64,000 nucleotides of DNA from Patescibacteria group bacterium (GCA_022705565.1 JAKJEF010000001.1:11748-75747), one strand, 5' to 3'. Counted from the first letter of the stretch, positions 26,062 through 36,142 are shown. Program-made: numbers and translations. Notes: generated by a model not told the origin, from the sequence alone.

Positions 26062-27145
26062 GGCGATAAAAATTAACCATCAATCCGAGCATGGTCATGA
26101 AAACCGTGAGGCTCGTTCCTCCATAACTTATAAACGGCAGCGGAGTTCCGGTCAAAGGAATCATCCCCGAAATGGCGGCCATGTTGACAAAAGCCTGGAT
26201 GCCGATGATCGAGGAAAAACCGATCATGGCGAATTTCCCGAATTTGGTTTTGGTTTCCAAGCTCCCGAAAAATCCGGCGAGTGTTAGGACGAAGAAAAGC
26301 AGGATAAAGAAAACGACGCCGACGAATCCGAATTCCTCGGCGGCGATGGCGAAAATGGAATCGCTGATCGGTTCGGGCAAGCCGATGATTTTCGAGGTCG
26401 AGTTGCCGTAGCCGACTCCGAAGATCCGTCCGGAGCCGATGGCGATCATCGCCTGGTTCACCTGGAACGAGGCTCCCAGAGGATCGGCGTCTTTGTTAAA
26501 AAAAGTGACGAATCGCGCGAGTCTGTAAGGAGTGAAAGCGATCAAGAGCCCGAAGGCGATAAGAGCGAGCATGGTGATGGCCGCGATAAAAGAAAGTTTG
26601 GCGCCGCTCACGAAATAAACGATCAGAGTCGCCGCCATTAAAATCAAAACAATGCTTGTCGCCGGCTGGATGACGAGCAGGAATCCGACCAGTCCGGAAA
26701 TGAGGAGAAACGGCAAAAATCCCTCCCAAACGTCCGTTTTCCGGTCGCGTTTGGCCGAGGCGAGCCAGGAAGAGATATAGATGATAAAAGTTATTTTAAG
26801 AAGTTCCGACGGCTGGATCGAGACTCCTTTGATCTCGAGCCACCTCGAAGAAGTTTTGTCCTGGACTCCGAGAGGCGTGAAAACGAGCACGAGAAGGCAG
26901 ATGTTTAGAATCAAAGCGACCAGAGATATTTTCCTGATGAATTTCGGAGGAGTGAACATGCCGGCGAGAAACCCGCTAAGCCCGGCGGTCAGGCAAAAAA
27001 GGAGCTGGCGTTCGACGAAATAATTCGGATCGTGGAACTGTTTCTTGCCCCAGGGCGAAGAAGCGCTTCCGAGTACGGCAAAGCCGATGACAATTAAAAG
27101 AATGGCGATTCCGAGGATGATGGTGTCAGCGTTTTTTCTTAGCAT
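26054..27145 (-). CDS. ftsW: SEDS family lipid II flippase/peptidoglycan polymerase (FtsW/RodA)
   Basis: Ten or so TM segments. GASFQVNQAMIAIGSGRIFGVGYGNS...SDSIFAIAAEEFGFVG. Confidence 0.85.
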   Translation of the reverse strand: MLRKNADTIILGIAILLIVIGFAVLGSASSPWGKKQFHDPNYFVERQLLFCLTAGLSGFLAGMFTPPKFIRKISLVALILNICLLVLVFTPLGVQDKTSSRWLEIKGVSIQPSELLKITFIIYISSWLASAKRDRKTDVWEGFLPFLLISGLVGFLLVIQPATSIVLILMAATLIVYFVSGAKLSFIAAITMLALIAFGLLIAFTPYRLARFVTFFNKDADPLGASFQVNQAMIAIGSGRIFGVGYGNSTSKIIGLPEPISDSIFAIAAEEFGFVGVVFFILLFFVLTLAGFFGSLETKTKFGKFAMIGFSSIIGIQAFVNMAAISGMIPLTGTPLPFISYGGTSLTVFMTMLGLMVNFYRHA

Positions 27146-28634
27146 CGTGTTTTAATACTTGGCCGGAGGAGGAGTTTTCTATTTCTCCGTTCCGAAGGCA
27201 GACTTTTCCGGAAACGACGACATCTTTGATCTTGTTGTCGCGGATCAAAACCAGATCGGCGACATTTCCTTCTTTGATTGTTCCTCTGTTTTTCAGATTG
27301 AAAATTCTTGCCGGCACCGAAGTGATCTTTTTGACGGCGTCTTCGATCGAAAGGGTTTTCACGGCGATCTCCAGATACTTGGTGAAGGTGTTTCTTGAAC
27401 GCTCGTGGACAAACTTCTCCGAAGAATCAAAGCTCGTCGAATTCGAAGCGATGAGCGATTGGCTGTGGAGCAGGCCTTTTTCGATCAGGCTTTCGTCGAT
27501 ATTTTTGACGCTTACCGAGCCGCGCATTCTGGTAAGCCGCATCAGCTCGAAAACCCCTTCGCGGAGATCGAGTCCCCTCCCTGCGGCGAAATCCGGAATG
27601 GTTTTTCCGATGACGTAGTTGTTTTTCGGAGCTCCGGCGATGATCATCGTTTTCGGATCGATCCCGGCTTTGTCCCAGAAGCCTTGGATTTGTTTGACGT
27701 AACCGGGTTTTTCCAGTTTGGCCAAAGCCTCGTCAGGGTTTTCGGAAAAAAGGTGTTTTGGAAGAAGGTCGCTCAAAAGAACCACGGACGTATCAAAAGG
27801 AAAAATATCGAAATGGATGTCGGCGGCGGCGATATTCTCTCCAATCAGTTTAAGCGCTTTCTCGTATTTTTTGGCCGAGGCGAAATACGGTTCGAAATGA
27901 CTGATGATGGTCGAGACTCCGCTTTGGACGGCCGCGGCCACACTCTCTTCGACGGATTTCAAAAGATCTTCCCCGTAATCCCGGAGGTGGGTCGAATAGA
28001 CTCCGTTTCCGGCTTTGACGACTTTCAAAAGCTCGATGATCTCTTCGTTTTCGATGTCTTTCCCGGGAGCGTATCCGAGACTCGAAGACATTCCGAAAGA
28101 TCCGCCTTCGAGGCTTTGTTCAAGGAGCGTTCCCAAAATCTTCGTTTCTTTTTCGCTTAAGGCTCGCGGTTTTTTAACGATATCCTGACGCATGGTGAGG
28201 TGTCCGGAGAGCGTTCCGAAATTGACGCCGAGGTCCATGCGCTTCAGGCTCGACAAGAATTCTTTGGTTGTCCGCCAGTCGACGTTAAGGCGCTCGCTTT
28301 CCGACCACTCCCGCACCGATTCCATGGAGCCGTAGACAAGCGGAGCGAGCGAGTAGCCGCACATACCTCCGAAAATGGTGGTTACGCCTTGTTTCAGGAA
28401 ATCTTCCTGTCCGGGATTCGAGAAAAGCGTTAAATAGTGGTCGGAGTCGGTGTCGACGTCGATGAATCCGGGCGCGACGTAAGATCCGAGACCGTCGATA
28501 ACGGTTTCCGCCGGTCTTGCCCCCCGAAAATCGCCGATGGCCGAAATCTTGTCCTTCAAAACGAGAATATCCGCCTTTCGCGGCGGATTGCCGTTGCCGT
28601 CGAGGATGTTCGCGCCTTTGATCAGGATGCTCAT
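27126..28634 (-). CDS. amidohydrolase-family protein (D-aminoacylase-like) occupying the usual murD position
   Basis: The fold pattern resembles N-acyl-D-amino-acid deacylase / amidohydrolase 3. The metal-site motif reads PGFIDVDTDSDHY rather than the usual ...HxH. It is not a Mur ligase. Confidence 0.6.
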   Translation of the reverse strand: MSILIKGANILDGNGNPPRKADILVLKDKISAIGDFRGARPAETVIDGLGSYVAPGFIDVDTDSDHYLTLFSNPGQEDFLKQGVTTIFGGMCGYSLAPLVYGSMESVREWSESERLNVDWRTTKEFLSSLKRMDLGVNFGTLSGHLTMRQDIVKKPRALSEKETKILGTLLEQSLEGGSFGMSSSLGYAPGKDIENEEIIELLKVVKAGNGVYSTHLRDYGEDLLKSVEESVAAAVQSGVSTIISHFEPYFASAKKYEKALKLIGENIAAADIHFDIFPFDTSVVLLSDLLPKHLFSENPDEALAKLEKPGYVKQIQGFWDKAGIDPKTMIIAGAPKNNYVIGKTIPDFAAGRGLDLREGVFELMRLTRMRGSVSVKNIDESLIEKGLLHSQSLIASNSTSFDSSEKFVHERSRNTFTKYLEIAVKTLSIEDAVKKITSVPARIFNLKNRGTIKEGNVADLVLIRDNKIKDVVVSGKVCLRNGEIENSSSGQVLKHDAKKKR

Positions 28635-28655
28635 GATTTAATTATAGCGCGTCCG

Positions 28656-29738
28656 TCAGATTAACCCGAAAAGATAGAACACGAAGAGGATCACTCCGAG
28701 TCCGACGCCGATGAATCCGATGATCCAGAAACGCATGGTGATTTGCGCCTCGGGCATGCCCACGGCTTCGAAATGGTGATGAATCGGAGTGGAAAGAAAT
28801 ATTTTCCGGTGGAAAAACTTCTTGCTTATCGTCTGGACGATCACCGATAAGGTTTCGAGAACCAAGGGCAAAGCGATGATCGGCAAAAACAGAGCCGAAT
28901 CGGTCTGCATGGCGATCACTCCCATGGTGATGCCCAAGGCCATGGAGCCGGTATCTCCCATGAAGAATTTCGCCGGATTGATGTTGTTCCATAAGAAAGC
29001 GAGAAGCGACCCGATGATGGCGCCGATCATCACCGCCAGGTTGTAGCGGCGAATAAGGAAAGCGACCACCATCAGTCCCCCGAAAATAAACAAAGAAACT
29101 CCGCCGAGAAGTCCGTCGAGGCCGTCGGTCAAATCGGCCGAAAAAGCGCTCGCCACGACAACCAGCATGAATATCGGAATATACCAAAGTCCGACGTCGA
29201 AATTCCCGAAGAAAGGAATGCGAAGGATACAGGCGTTTTCCACGTTGTCGAGACAGCCGAGCTTGGAATAGAACCACCAGGCGCCGATCGCGGCCACCAA
29301 ACAGTACATGACGAATTTGTGTTTGGTCGTCATTCCTCCGCCATTCGGACCGATGCGAAGCGCCCCCAGAAGATCGTCGATGAATCCGAGACTGGCGGCG
29401 ATGAACATGGCGGCGAGCGGTAAATAGGTTTCGGCGCGGTTCACGAAATTCAAATAAGCGAAAAACCCGTCGAAGAAATGGTTGAGAAGGGCGAAGAGAA
29501 TGGCGAGGCCCAAAACCGAAGCCCAGATCAGAATGCCGCCCATGGTCGGCGTTCCTTCTTTCTTGGCGTGAAGTTTGGCGAAAATCGGAGCCGATTCGGC
29601 CGAGCGGATTTGTTTTTTGATGCCGAATTTTTTCAGGAATTTGAAAAGCGGCGGCGTAAGCAAAAGGGCGGCCACGAAAGCGATGATGGTGACGCCCAAA
29701 ACGCGAACCGCCTGTATCCTAATTACTTCTGGAAGCAT
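28656..29738 (-). CDS. mraY: phospho-N-acetylmuramoyl-pentapeptide transferase
   Basis: NPAKFFMGDTGSMALG and polytopic TM topology. Confidence 0.9.
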   Translation of the reverse strand: MLPEVIRIQAVRVLGVTIIAFVAALLLTPPLFKFLKKFGIKKQIRSAESAPIFAKLHAKKEGTPTMGGILIWASVLGLAILFALLNHFFDGFFAYLNFVNRAETYLPLAAMFIAASLGFIDDLLGALRIGPNGGGMTTKHKFVMYCLVAAIGAWWFYSKLGCLDNVENACILRIPFFGNFDVGLWYIPIFMLVVVASAFSADLTDGLDGLLGGVSLFIFGGLMVVAFLIRRYNLAVMIGAIIGSLLAFLWNNINPAKFFMGDTGSMALGITMGVIAMQTDSALFLPIIALPLVLETLSVIVQTISKKFFHRKIFLSTPIHHHFEAVGMPEAQITMRFWIIGFIGVGLGVILFVFYLFGLI

Positions 29739-30636
29739 CGGTGACGAAGTTTAATATTTTTTCGCTTTCCTCGAATCGGCTCTCGGTTCCGAGAACGAGG
29801 ATCAAGATTGGATGGTTTTCGACGGAGAATATGGAAATCAGATTACCTTGGGCCGAGGCCGTGAATCCGGTTTTGCCGCCCAAGAAGTCCGGTCGTCCGG
29901 CGAACTGGTGCGTGGCCGAGATCTCTTTCATCTGTCCGCTTTTGATTTCGGTGATCGTTCCTTTCGGATCGCGGTTGATCGTAAAAACGCGACGATGGTT
30001 TTCCCAAATATATTGTACTAGCTTCACGAGATCGTCGCCAGACGTCCGGCTCGATTCGGAAAGCCCGGAGGCGTCGGTAAAATTGGTGTCCGTCAGCCCG
30101 ATATCTTTGGCTTTCTCGTTCATCATCTCCACGAATCGTCCTTCCGGAGAATGCTTCTCAAAAGAGTAAGCCGCCTTGTTCGACGAGGACATGAGCATGA
30201 TTTTTTCGAGGTCTCCGACGCTGTAGGCTTCTCCGGGTAAAATAACTCCGTCTTCCGGCCCGGTCCAAGGAATATTGATCGTCTCTCCGGGATCAAGGAA
30301 TTCCTCGATGACGACGGCCGCCATCAGTTTGGTCAAAGACGCCGCAGGCCAATTCTGTCCCCCGTTGTAATTCAAAAGATTCCTTTTAGTTTGAAGATCA
30401 ACGACTTCGGCCGCCACCGCGTTCAGTTTTTCGTTCAAGACGAGCGCCTGCGGAAGTTCGGCCCGATCTTGGACTTCGGAGTAACCGATGGCTTGTCCCG
30501 AAAGCTTGCCGCTGTCCCCGAAAACCGCTTTTCCGGACAAAAGCCGTTGATTCATTAAAGTGAGCAGCAAGGCCGCGGCGAGCAGGATAAAGAAATGCGG
30601 CTTAATCCCCTGATTCGTTTCTGTTTTCTTTTTCAT
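29719..30636 (-). CDS. serine-type D-Ala-D-Ala carboxypeptidase (S11, low-MW PBP)
   Basis: Motifs ASLTKLM (SxxK), SSN and GGKTGFT. N-terminal signal/anchor. Confidence 0.8.
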   Translation of the reverse strand: MKKKTETNQGIKPHFFILLAAALLLTLMNQRLLSGKAVFGDSGKLSGQAIGYSEVQDRAELPQALVLNEKLNAVAAEVVDLQTKRNLLNYNGGQNWPAASLTKLMAAVVIEEFLDPGETINIPWTGPEDGVILPGEAYSVGDLEKIMLMSSSNKAAYSFEKHSPEGRFVEMMNEKAKDIGLTDTNFTDASGLSESSRTSGDDLVKLVQYIWENHRRVFTINRDPKGTITEIKSGQMKEISATHQFAGRPDFLGGKTGFTASAQGNLISIFSVENHPILILVLGTESRFEESEKILNFVTDASRSN

Positions 30637-31171
30637 TGAAAATTTTGCTGATTTCCCGATAACGTTCGTATTCCGGCAATTCCGATTCTTCGGAAACGCC
30701 GAGCTGCTTCAAAGCGTCGAATGACAACCGGTAATCGAAAGAAGAAAGCCTTCTCGCGCTCGGACTTCGTTCGACAAGCCCGCGCACCATCAAGCTTCGC
30801 AGGATAAAGCTCGAATTGACTCCTCTCACGTAATCGATTTCCGGCCGCGAAATCGGTCCGAGATAAGCGACAATGGATAAAGTTTCCTGCGCCGCCGGAG
30901 TCAAATCTTCCTTGATCTCGGCTTTGACTATTTCTTCGATTATTTTCCCGAAAACCGGTTTGGTGACGAGCTGTATTTTGTCGTCGGACTCGATCAAAAC
31001 AAGTCCGGATTCTTCGGAGTCCAAACGGGATTTCAGACGATCGATCGCCTTTCTTGTTTCCGATTCTTCGGCTCGGATCATTTTCGCGAGATTCGCTACT
31101 TTCACCGGCTCTCCGTAGACGAAAAGACAAGCTTCGATTTTCGCTTCCAATTGTTTTTCGGTTTCAGGCAT
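30602..31171 (-). CDS. scpB: segregation and condensation protein B
   Basis: Two winged-helix repeats (EACLFVYGEPVKVANLAKMI; ETLSIVAYLGPISRPEIDYVRGV). Confidence 0.8.
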   Translation of the reverse strand: MPETEKQLEAKIEACLFVYGEPVKVANLAKMIRAEESETRKAIDRLKSRLDSEESGLVLIESDDKIQLVTKPVFGKIIEEIVKAEIKEDLTPAAQETLSIVAYLGPISRPEIDYVRGVNSSFILRSLMVRGLVERSPSARRLSSFDYRLSFDALKQLGVSEESELPEYERYREISKIFNEKENRNESGD

Positions 31172-31895
31172 GCGGCGAAATGATTATTTCTTCGAATTGT
31201 CCGGATTGTTCGATCTTGATGGCGTTGTCTTTCAGCAAATGGAGAAGGGCCAGGAAAAGAATGACGATTTCTTGACGCTCTTTGTCTTTGCTCAACTCCT
31301 TGAACCCGAAAGTGGCTCCCTTGATGCGGCCGATGAGGTTTGCCACGTATTCTTCGAAATTGATTATCTTGTGTTCGACGTATTCTTTCTTCTCGGCCGC
31401 GAATATATTATAAAGCCCGCCAAAAGCTTTGGCTACGAGTTCTTTGGAAAAATTGGCCGGCGGATAAAAAACAACAAATCTGGAGCCGGCGGCAAAATCC
31501 CGAGAAAACGATCTTTTCTCCGACTTCCAAAAAACGGCTACGTTTTTTTCCGCGGATTTGAGTTCCTTGTAAAGCTTGAGTCGTTCTTCGAGATCGACGA
31601 TGCTTTCCTCTTCTTCGGTCGTCAGTTCCAGATTCGGGATCAGGCTTTTCGATTTGATAAGCAAAAGCCTGGCGGCCACGGAAACGAAATCGGCCAGGAC
31701 TTTCGGTTCGGCTTCGCCCATTTTATGCACGTAATCCAAAAATTCTCCGGTGATTTCCGCGAGGCTCAATTCGGTGATCTCGAGCTTGCGTTCTTCGATG
31801 AGTTCCAGGAGCTTCTGCAACGGACCGGAGAATCTTTCGGTGCTGATTTCGAAAGGCATTTTACGAATTATAACCCCGAAACCTTGCCCCGCCAA
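31164..31895 (-). CDS. scpA: segregation and condensation protein A
   Basis: FEISTERFSGPLQKLLELIEERKLEITELSLAEIT matches the ScpA N-domain. Directly upstream of scpB. Confidence 0.8.
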   Translation of the reverse strand: MAGQGFGVIIRKMPFEISTERFSGPLQKLLELIEERKLEITELSLAEITGEFLDYVHKMGEAEPKVLADFVSVAARLLLIKSKSLIPNLELTTEEEESIVDLEERLKLYKELKSAEKNVAVFWKSEKRSFSRDFAAGSRFVVFYPPANFSKELVAKAFGGLYNIFAAEKKEYVEHKIINFEEYVANLIGRIKGATFGFKELSKDKERQEIVILFLALLHLLKDNAIKIEQSGQFEEIIISPHA

Positions 31896-31902
31896 AAACG
31901 CT

Positions 31903-32226
31903 TCAGAATCCGGCTTCCTTTATTTCGATCAGGATTTCTTGCGGCAGCGGCTCTCCGGGTTTGGTTGTTCCCGGATATTTCCAGGCGGAAATGACTTTCC
32001 TGATTTTTTCTCCGGATCGGGATTCGTCTTTGATCATCGTCCAGATCTCGTAAGGATGCTTTTTGCTGCCGGAGGATTGCATCACGGCCGCGGTATTTTC
32101 GGCGATCCCCTTTTCGATTCTTTGTGGATGGTTTATGACGCGTTTGACGCGGTACTCGGAAAGGCCGTAAAAACGCATTTTCGCGTTCGCGTGAGCTGTC
32201 CAAACCAGTTTTTTCCGGCCGAGCAT
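31903..32226 (-). CDS. hypothetical protein (107 aa)
   Basis: Tight fit between flanking genes (3-nt and 8-nt gaps). I recognise no domain. Confidence 0.5.
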   Translation of the reverse strand: MLGRKKLVWTAHANAKMRFYGLSEYRVKRVINHPQRIEKGIAENTAAVMQSSGSKKHPYEIWTMIKDESRSGEKIRKVISAWKYPGTTKPGEPLPQEILIEIKEAGF

Positions 32227-32228
32227 GT

Positions 32229-33446
32229 TTATCCCGGAAGCAAAGCGCCCTTGGTATAGACGTTATTCGGATTCCAAAGCATCCAGCCGGCCGTCGGGTC
32301 TATCTCTTCGACCGCCTGGATCTCTTTTCTCACCATGACGGCGTCATAGGTCGCGCCCATATTGAAGTCCTGCAGCCAAAGACGAAGCTTGGGTTTATTC
32401 TCCATGCCTTGTTCCTCGAGCTTATGGAGTCTTGCCATGGCCGTAGCCATGGTATTTCTTACCACTTCGTAAGGATGTTCGGCCGGATTCTTGAATCCCA
32501 TGAAATTCGCGGCATAGTGCGATGGATAAGCCATGGGCGAAACCGCGTCGAAATAAGGCAAGGCGTCCTCGAGCACTTGGCCGATACCGAGATCGTCGTT
32601 CACGATTCCCGCCAGCCCGAAAAGATCGGCCGAGATCGGTGTTTCCGGAAGACTGTTTCTCGTGTATTCAAAAAACTTTCTCATGGTGAAGTGCTTCGGG
32701 CTCGTCATGTCGTAAACCGGAAAAACCATATCGGCGATGTCGCCGTCCGAAGGAAAGCGGATGTAATCGAAATTGATTTCGTCGAATCCCCGATTGGCCG
32801 CGTCTTTGGCGATCGCCAGATTGTAATCCCAGACTTCCAGCGAAGCCGGGTCTGTCCAGGCCAGATTTTTGCGGTCAAACCAGGTGGTTCCGGTCGATTT
32901 GCTTTGGACCGCCAAATCAGGCCTGTTCTTGGCCAAAATCGGGTCCTGGAACACGGCGATACGGGCAATGACGTAAATACCCTGGTCATGCAATTTCTTT
33001 ATCAGGGAGTTGATTTTGGGGATTTTGATGTCTTTGGCCTTGTATTTGTTGACGAGTGGATCGCCTATGTCGTAAGCGACGTAACCGGAATAATCCTTGA
33101 TGTCGATGACAATGGCGTTCAGTTCCGTGGTTTTGATGAGGTCGATGAAATAATCGATTTTTTTGGCCGAGCCGGCTGACCAGGCGGTCGAGTAAACCGC
33201 TTTGACAGCTGTCGGTTTTTCCGCAAGGGGTTGTTGGTTTTCTATGTCGTTCTTCGATCCGATGACCGCCTGTTGTTCTTCCCCGATCGTTATCAGTTTT
33301 CCGATGATACCCGAAACTCCGGCCGGTTTTTCCGGTTCGTTCGCCGCCCCAACACCGACTCTAAAAGTGTAAGTCGTGTTCAAAAACAAAAAAGCCCCCG
33401 CGGTCAAGGCTCCCAAAAAGATTATGAAAAGGATTTTTCTCATCAA
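32229..33446 (-). CDS. secreted putative glycoside-hydrolase-like TIM-barrel protein
   Basis: Signal/anchor MMRKILFIIFLGALTAGAFLF. The DEINFDYIRFP segment resembles GH-like (DUF4015-type) hydrolases. Weak assignment. Confidence 0.45.
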   Translation of the reverse strand: MMRKILFIIFLGALTAGAFLFLNTTYTFRVGVGAANEPEKPAGVSGIIGKLITIGEEQQAVIGSKNDIENQQPLAEKPTAVKAVYSTAWSAGSAKKIDYFIDLIKTTELNAIVIDIKDYSGYVAYDIGDPLVNKYKAKDIKIPKINSLIKKLHDQGIYVIARIAVFQDPILAKNRPDLAVQSKSTGTTWFDRKNLAWTDPASLEVWDYNLAIAKDAANRGFDEINFDYIRFPSDGDIADMVFPVYDMTSPKHFTMRKFFEYTRNSLPETPISADLFGLAGIVNDDLGIGQVLEDALPYFDAVSPMAYPSHYAANFMGFKNPAEHPYEVVRNTMATAMARLHKLEEQGMENKPKLRLWLQDFNMGATYDAVMVRKEIQAVEEIDPTAGWMLWNPNNVYTKGALLPG

Positions 33447-33488
33447 ACTCCGGCTTTTGAAGCGTTTTTATTCTAATCCATTTTCACC

Positions 33489-33494
33489 TATAAT
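33489..33494 (+). promoter_or_regulatory. putative -10 box (TATAAT) 6 nt upstream of the dnaX ATG
   Basis: ttttcaccTATAATaaaagcATG, with no SD. Confidence 0.35.
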
Positions 33495-33500
33495 AAAAGC

Positions 33501-34604
33501 ATGTCTCTCGCCATTTACCGCAAATACCGCCCGAAAACCTTAACCGATGTTTTGGGCCAGGAATCAGTGACCGAAGTCCTTAAGAATGCCGCCAAACAGG
33601 ACAAGTTGAGTCACGCCTATCTTTTTTACGGACCCCGCGGATCCGGCAAAACCACGGCCGCGAGAATCCTCGCCAAAATCGTGAACTGCGAAACCAGAAT
33701 GAATGATCCGAAATTCCGGGAACTCGGAGAACCTTGCAATCGTTGCCGGCCTTGCTTGGAAATCGACGAAGGCCGAGCCTTGGACGTCATCGAGATCGAC
33801 GCCGCTTCGAACCGCGGCATCGAAGAAATCCGGAATCTCAAAGAAGGCATTAAGCTTTCCCCGGCTTCCTACCGCCGGAAGGTATTCATCATCGACGAGG
33901 TTCATCAACTAACCAAAGAAGCTTTCAACGCACTTTTAAAGACTTTGGAAGAGCCGCCGGAGCACGCCATATTTATTTTGGCGACGACCGAATACGAAAA
34001 ACTTCCGGCGACGATCATTTCCCGGACCCAACGTTTCAATTTCCGAAGATTGTCCGTGAAAACGATCCTCGGAAAACTTCAGACGATCGTCAAAGAAGAA
34101 AAACTGAAAATAAGCGACGACGCTCTGGAACTCGTGGCCGTGGCCGCCGAAGGAAGCTTCAGGGACGCGGAATCTTTACTCGACCAGATAATTTCTCTCG
34201 GAGAAGCGGCTGATCTGGAATCCGTCGAAAGCTTGCTCGGAAAAGTCGGTTTCACCAAGACCGCCGATCTGGCCGAGGAACTCATTAAGAAAGATTTGGA
34301 GAAATCTTTGAAAACTCTATCAGACATAAACGAGGCCGGATACAACCTGGTGGAACTGAATCACGATTTGATCCATTATCTTCGCCGCGTACTCGTGCTT
34401 CATTTCAATCCGGATATGAAAAACGTTTTCGAGTCTGAACTGACACCCGACGAACTCGAAACTTTAATAAAACAATCCAAAGAAGCCGATCCGGAAAAAC
34501 TGACCGCCATGCTGAAATCTCTGATCCGCGCCTACAGCGAAATGCGTTACTCGCCTTTTGCCATCGTTCCTTTGGAAATGGCGATTATCGAGAATTTAAA
34601 ATAA
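33501..34604 (+). CDS. dnaX: DNA polymerase III subunit gamma/tau (short form)
   Basis: GPRGSGKTTAARILAK (Walker A), zinc module CETRMNDPKFRELGEPCNRCRPC, DEVHQL, and sensor motifs. Confidence 0.9.
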   Translation: MSLAIYRKYRPKTLTDVLGQESVTEVLKNAAKQDKLSHAYLFYGPRGSGKTTAARILAKIVNCETRMNDPKFRELGEPCNRCRPCLEIDEGRALDVIEIDAASNRGIEEIRNLKEGIKLSPASYRRKVFIIDEVHQLTKEAFNALLKTLEEPPEHAIFILATTEYEKLPATIISRTQRFNFRRLSVKTILGKLQTIVKEEKLKISDDALELVAVAAEGSFRDAESLLDQIISLGEAADLESVESLLGKVGFTKTADLAEELIKKDLEKSLKTLSDINEAGYNLVELNHDLIHYLRRVLVLHFNPDMKNVFESELTPDELETLIKQSKEADPEKLTAMLKSLIRAYSEMRYSPFAIVPLEMAIIENLK

Positions 34605-35402
34605 ATGGACAAAGCAAGCGGTTTCCTACTCGGTTTTATGCCGAGTTTTAACAGCGATCTTTTGGAACAAATAGAATTCGCGAAGCGACATTTTGATTTT
34701 TTGGAATTGACTTTACCTTATAATCTTCGGCCGTGGTCGCCCGAATATATCGAATCTGTCAGAAAATCTTTGGGAAAGTTTTCTCTTGTCGGGCATCTCC
34801 ATTGGGATATCGATTTGACGGCTTTGGATGGAGAAAAGAATGCGAAGGAAGGCCTTCAATTATTTAGAAAACTAGGAACATCCAAAGTAATTATTCATCC
34901 GTCTTTCCCTGAAAATGTTGGCATTGATGAAGCTCTCCGAAAAAATATGGAAGCCTTAAAAGCGCTCACCGATTTCTGCGATCCGTTAAACATCGATCTT
35001 CTGGCGGAGAATGGAGATCCAACCATTCCGGATATTGTCGAAAAACTCCGATATCTTACCGATCAGATTCCCAACTTAAATATAGCTTTGGATATCGGTC
35101 ATGCCGTAAATAATTGGAGAAAATTCGCCGAAGTTCTCCAAGATAAAACCAAACATCTTCATTTGCATTATAGCGACGGTGTGGACGATCACCTGCCTTT
35201 TCCCGACAACATCATTTTAAAAGAAATTGTGGATTTTTGGGGAAATAAAAATATGACGGCGACTTTGGAGATCTTTAGAAAAAAACACGGCGGGACTTTA
35301 GAGGAAATCGAGGGATCAAAAAGAGAAAAAATTTTATTAAAACAAATTGAAATGGCAAGAAAAAGGCGCTTCGACGTCCTAATATTAAACAAACACTTTT
35401 GA
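34605..35402 (+). CDS. xylose-isomerase-like TIM-barrel protein (endonuclease IV-like motifs), paralog of 12018..12722
   Basis: Motifs VIIHPSF, LLAENGD, ALDIGHA and HLHLHYSDG, similar to LLENTAG, CFDTCHA and HLHLNDS of Nfo. Start overlaps the dnaX stop. Confidence 0.55.
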   Translation: MDKASGFLLGFMPSFNSDLLEQIEFAKRHFDFLELTLPYNLRPWSPEYIESVRKSLGKFSLVGHLHWDIDLTALDGEKNAKEGLQLFRKLGTSKVIIHPSFPENVGIDEALRKNMEALKALTDFCDPLNIDLLAENGDPTIPDIVEKLRYLTDQIPNLNIALDIGHAVNNWRKFAEVLQDKTKHLHLHYSDGVDDHLPFPDNIILKEIVDFWGNKNMTATLEIFRKKHGGTLEEIEGSKREKILLKQIEMARKRRFDVLILNKHF

Positions 35403-35416
35403 GGCTGAAAATCAAG

Positions 35417-35995
35417 CTACTTGATAAACGGATTTTTCATGTCGAATAAAAGACGAGGGGTATGGCTATTGATGACATCGGTCGAAAATCCGTATTTTTC
35501 GCTGTATAGAACATCGATCGAACAGAATTTGGCTCTGGAATAATCAAAACCCAAAATCGAAGCGATTTCCTTGACCGTTTCTTCCGATGCTCCCTCGATT
35601 TCGCAAAAAGGTTCGAGAAACGGCCATTCGTCGATGGTGATTTCCGCTTCTTTCAAAGCCCATAATTCCCTTTTGGACTCCTGGAATCCTTTTTCCACGC
35701 AGCCGATGGATATCAAAAACTCTGCGGCTTTTTCAAAATCATTGACGTTAAAGAATATTTCTTTCTGATTAGTAATATTCGTGCCGTCGATGACTTTTAA
35801 GCCCATTGTTATTTTGTCGACTTCGTCTCTCAGCCTGATCCAACCGCCGGGAATCTCGTGACCAGACGGCAAATGAAAAACCTTTCTTTTTTGCAAGAAT
35901 TCCGACCGTAAAAGCTTGGCTTCGACTTTAATCAATCGATCGCGGAATTCGGTCTTATCGATATTCGGGAAAGTCGCTTCGTATTCGATAGTCAT
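35417..35995 (-). CDS. CYTH-like domain protein (second copy, divergent)
   Basis: N-terminal TIEYEATF (ExE) and WIRLRDE...ITMGLK pattern, parallel to 21576..22280. The signature lysine is absent. Confidence 0.4.
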   Translation of the reverse strand: MTIEYEATFPNIDKTEFRDRLIKVEAKLLRSEFLQKRKVFHLPSGHEIPGGWIRLRDEVDKITMGLKVIDGTNITNQKEIFFNVNDFEKAAEFLISIGCVEKGFQESKRELWALKEAEITIDEWPFLEPFCEIEGASEETVKEIASILGFDYSRAKFCSIDVLYSEKYGFSTDVINSHTPRLLFDMKNPFIK

Positions 35996-36142
35996 AACGC
36001 CATAATAACATAAACATTATAGCTGATTGAGAAATAAAAATGATTACCCTGGAGTGTTAAGAATTAAGGTTAAAAAACCCTAGATTAAACCGTAAAATTG
36101 CAGGACTTATTAAGGCTATGATAGAGTATTTTCAGTAATTAT

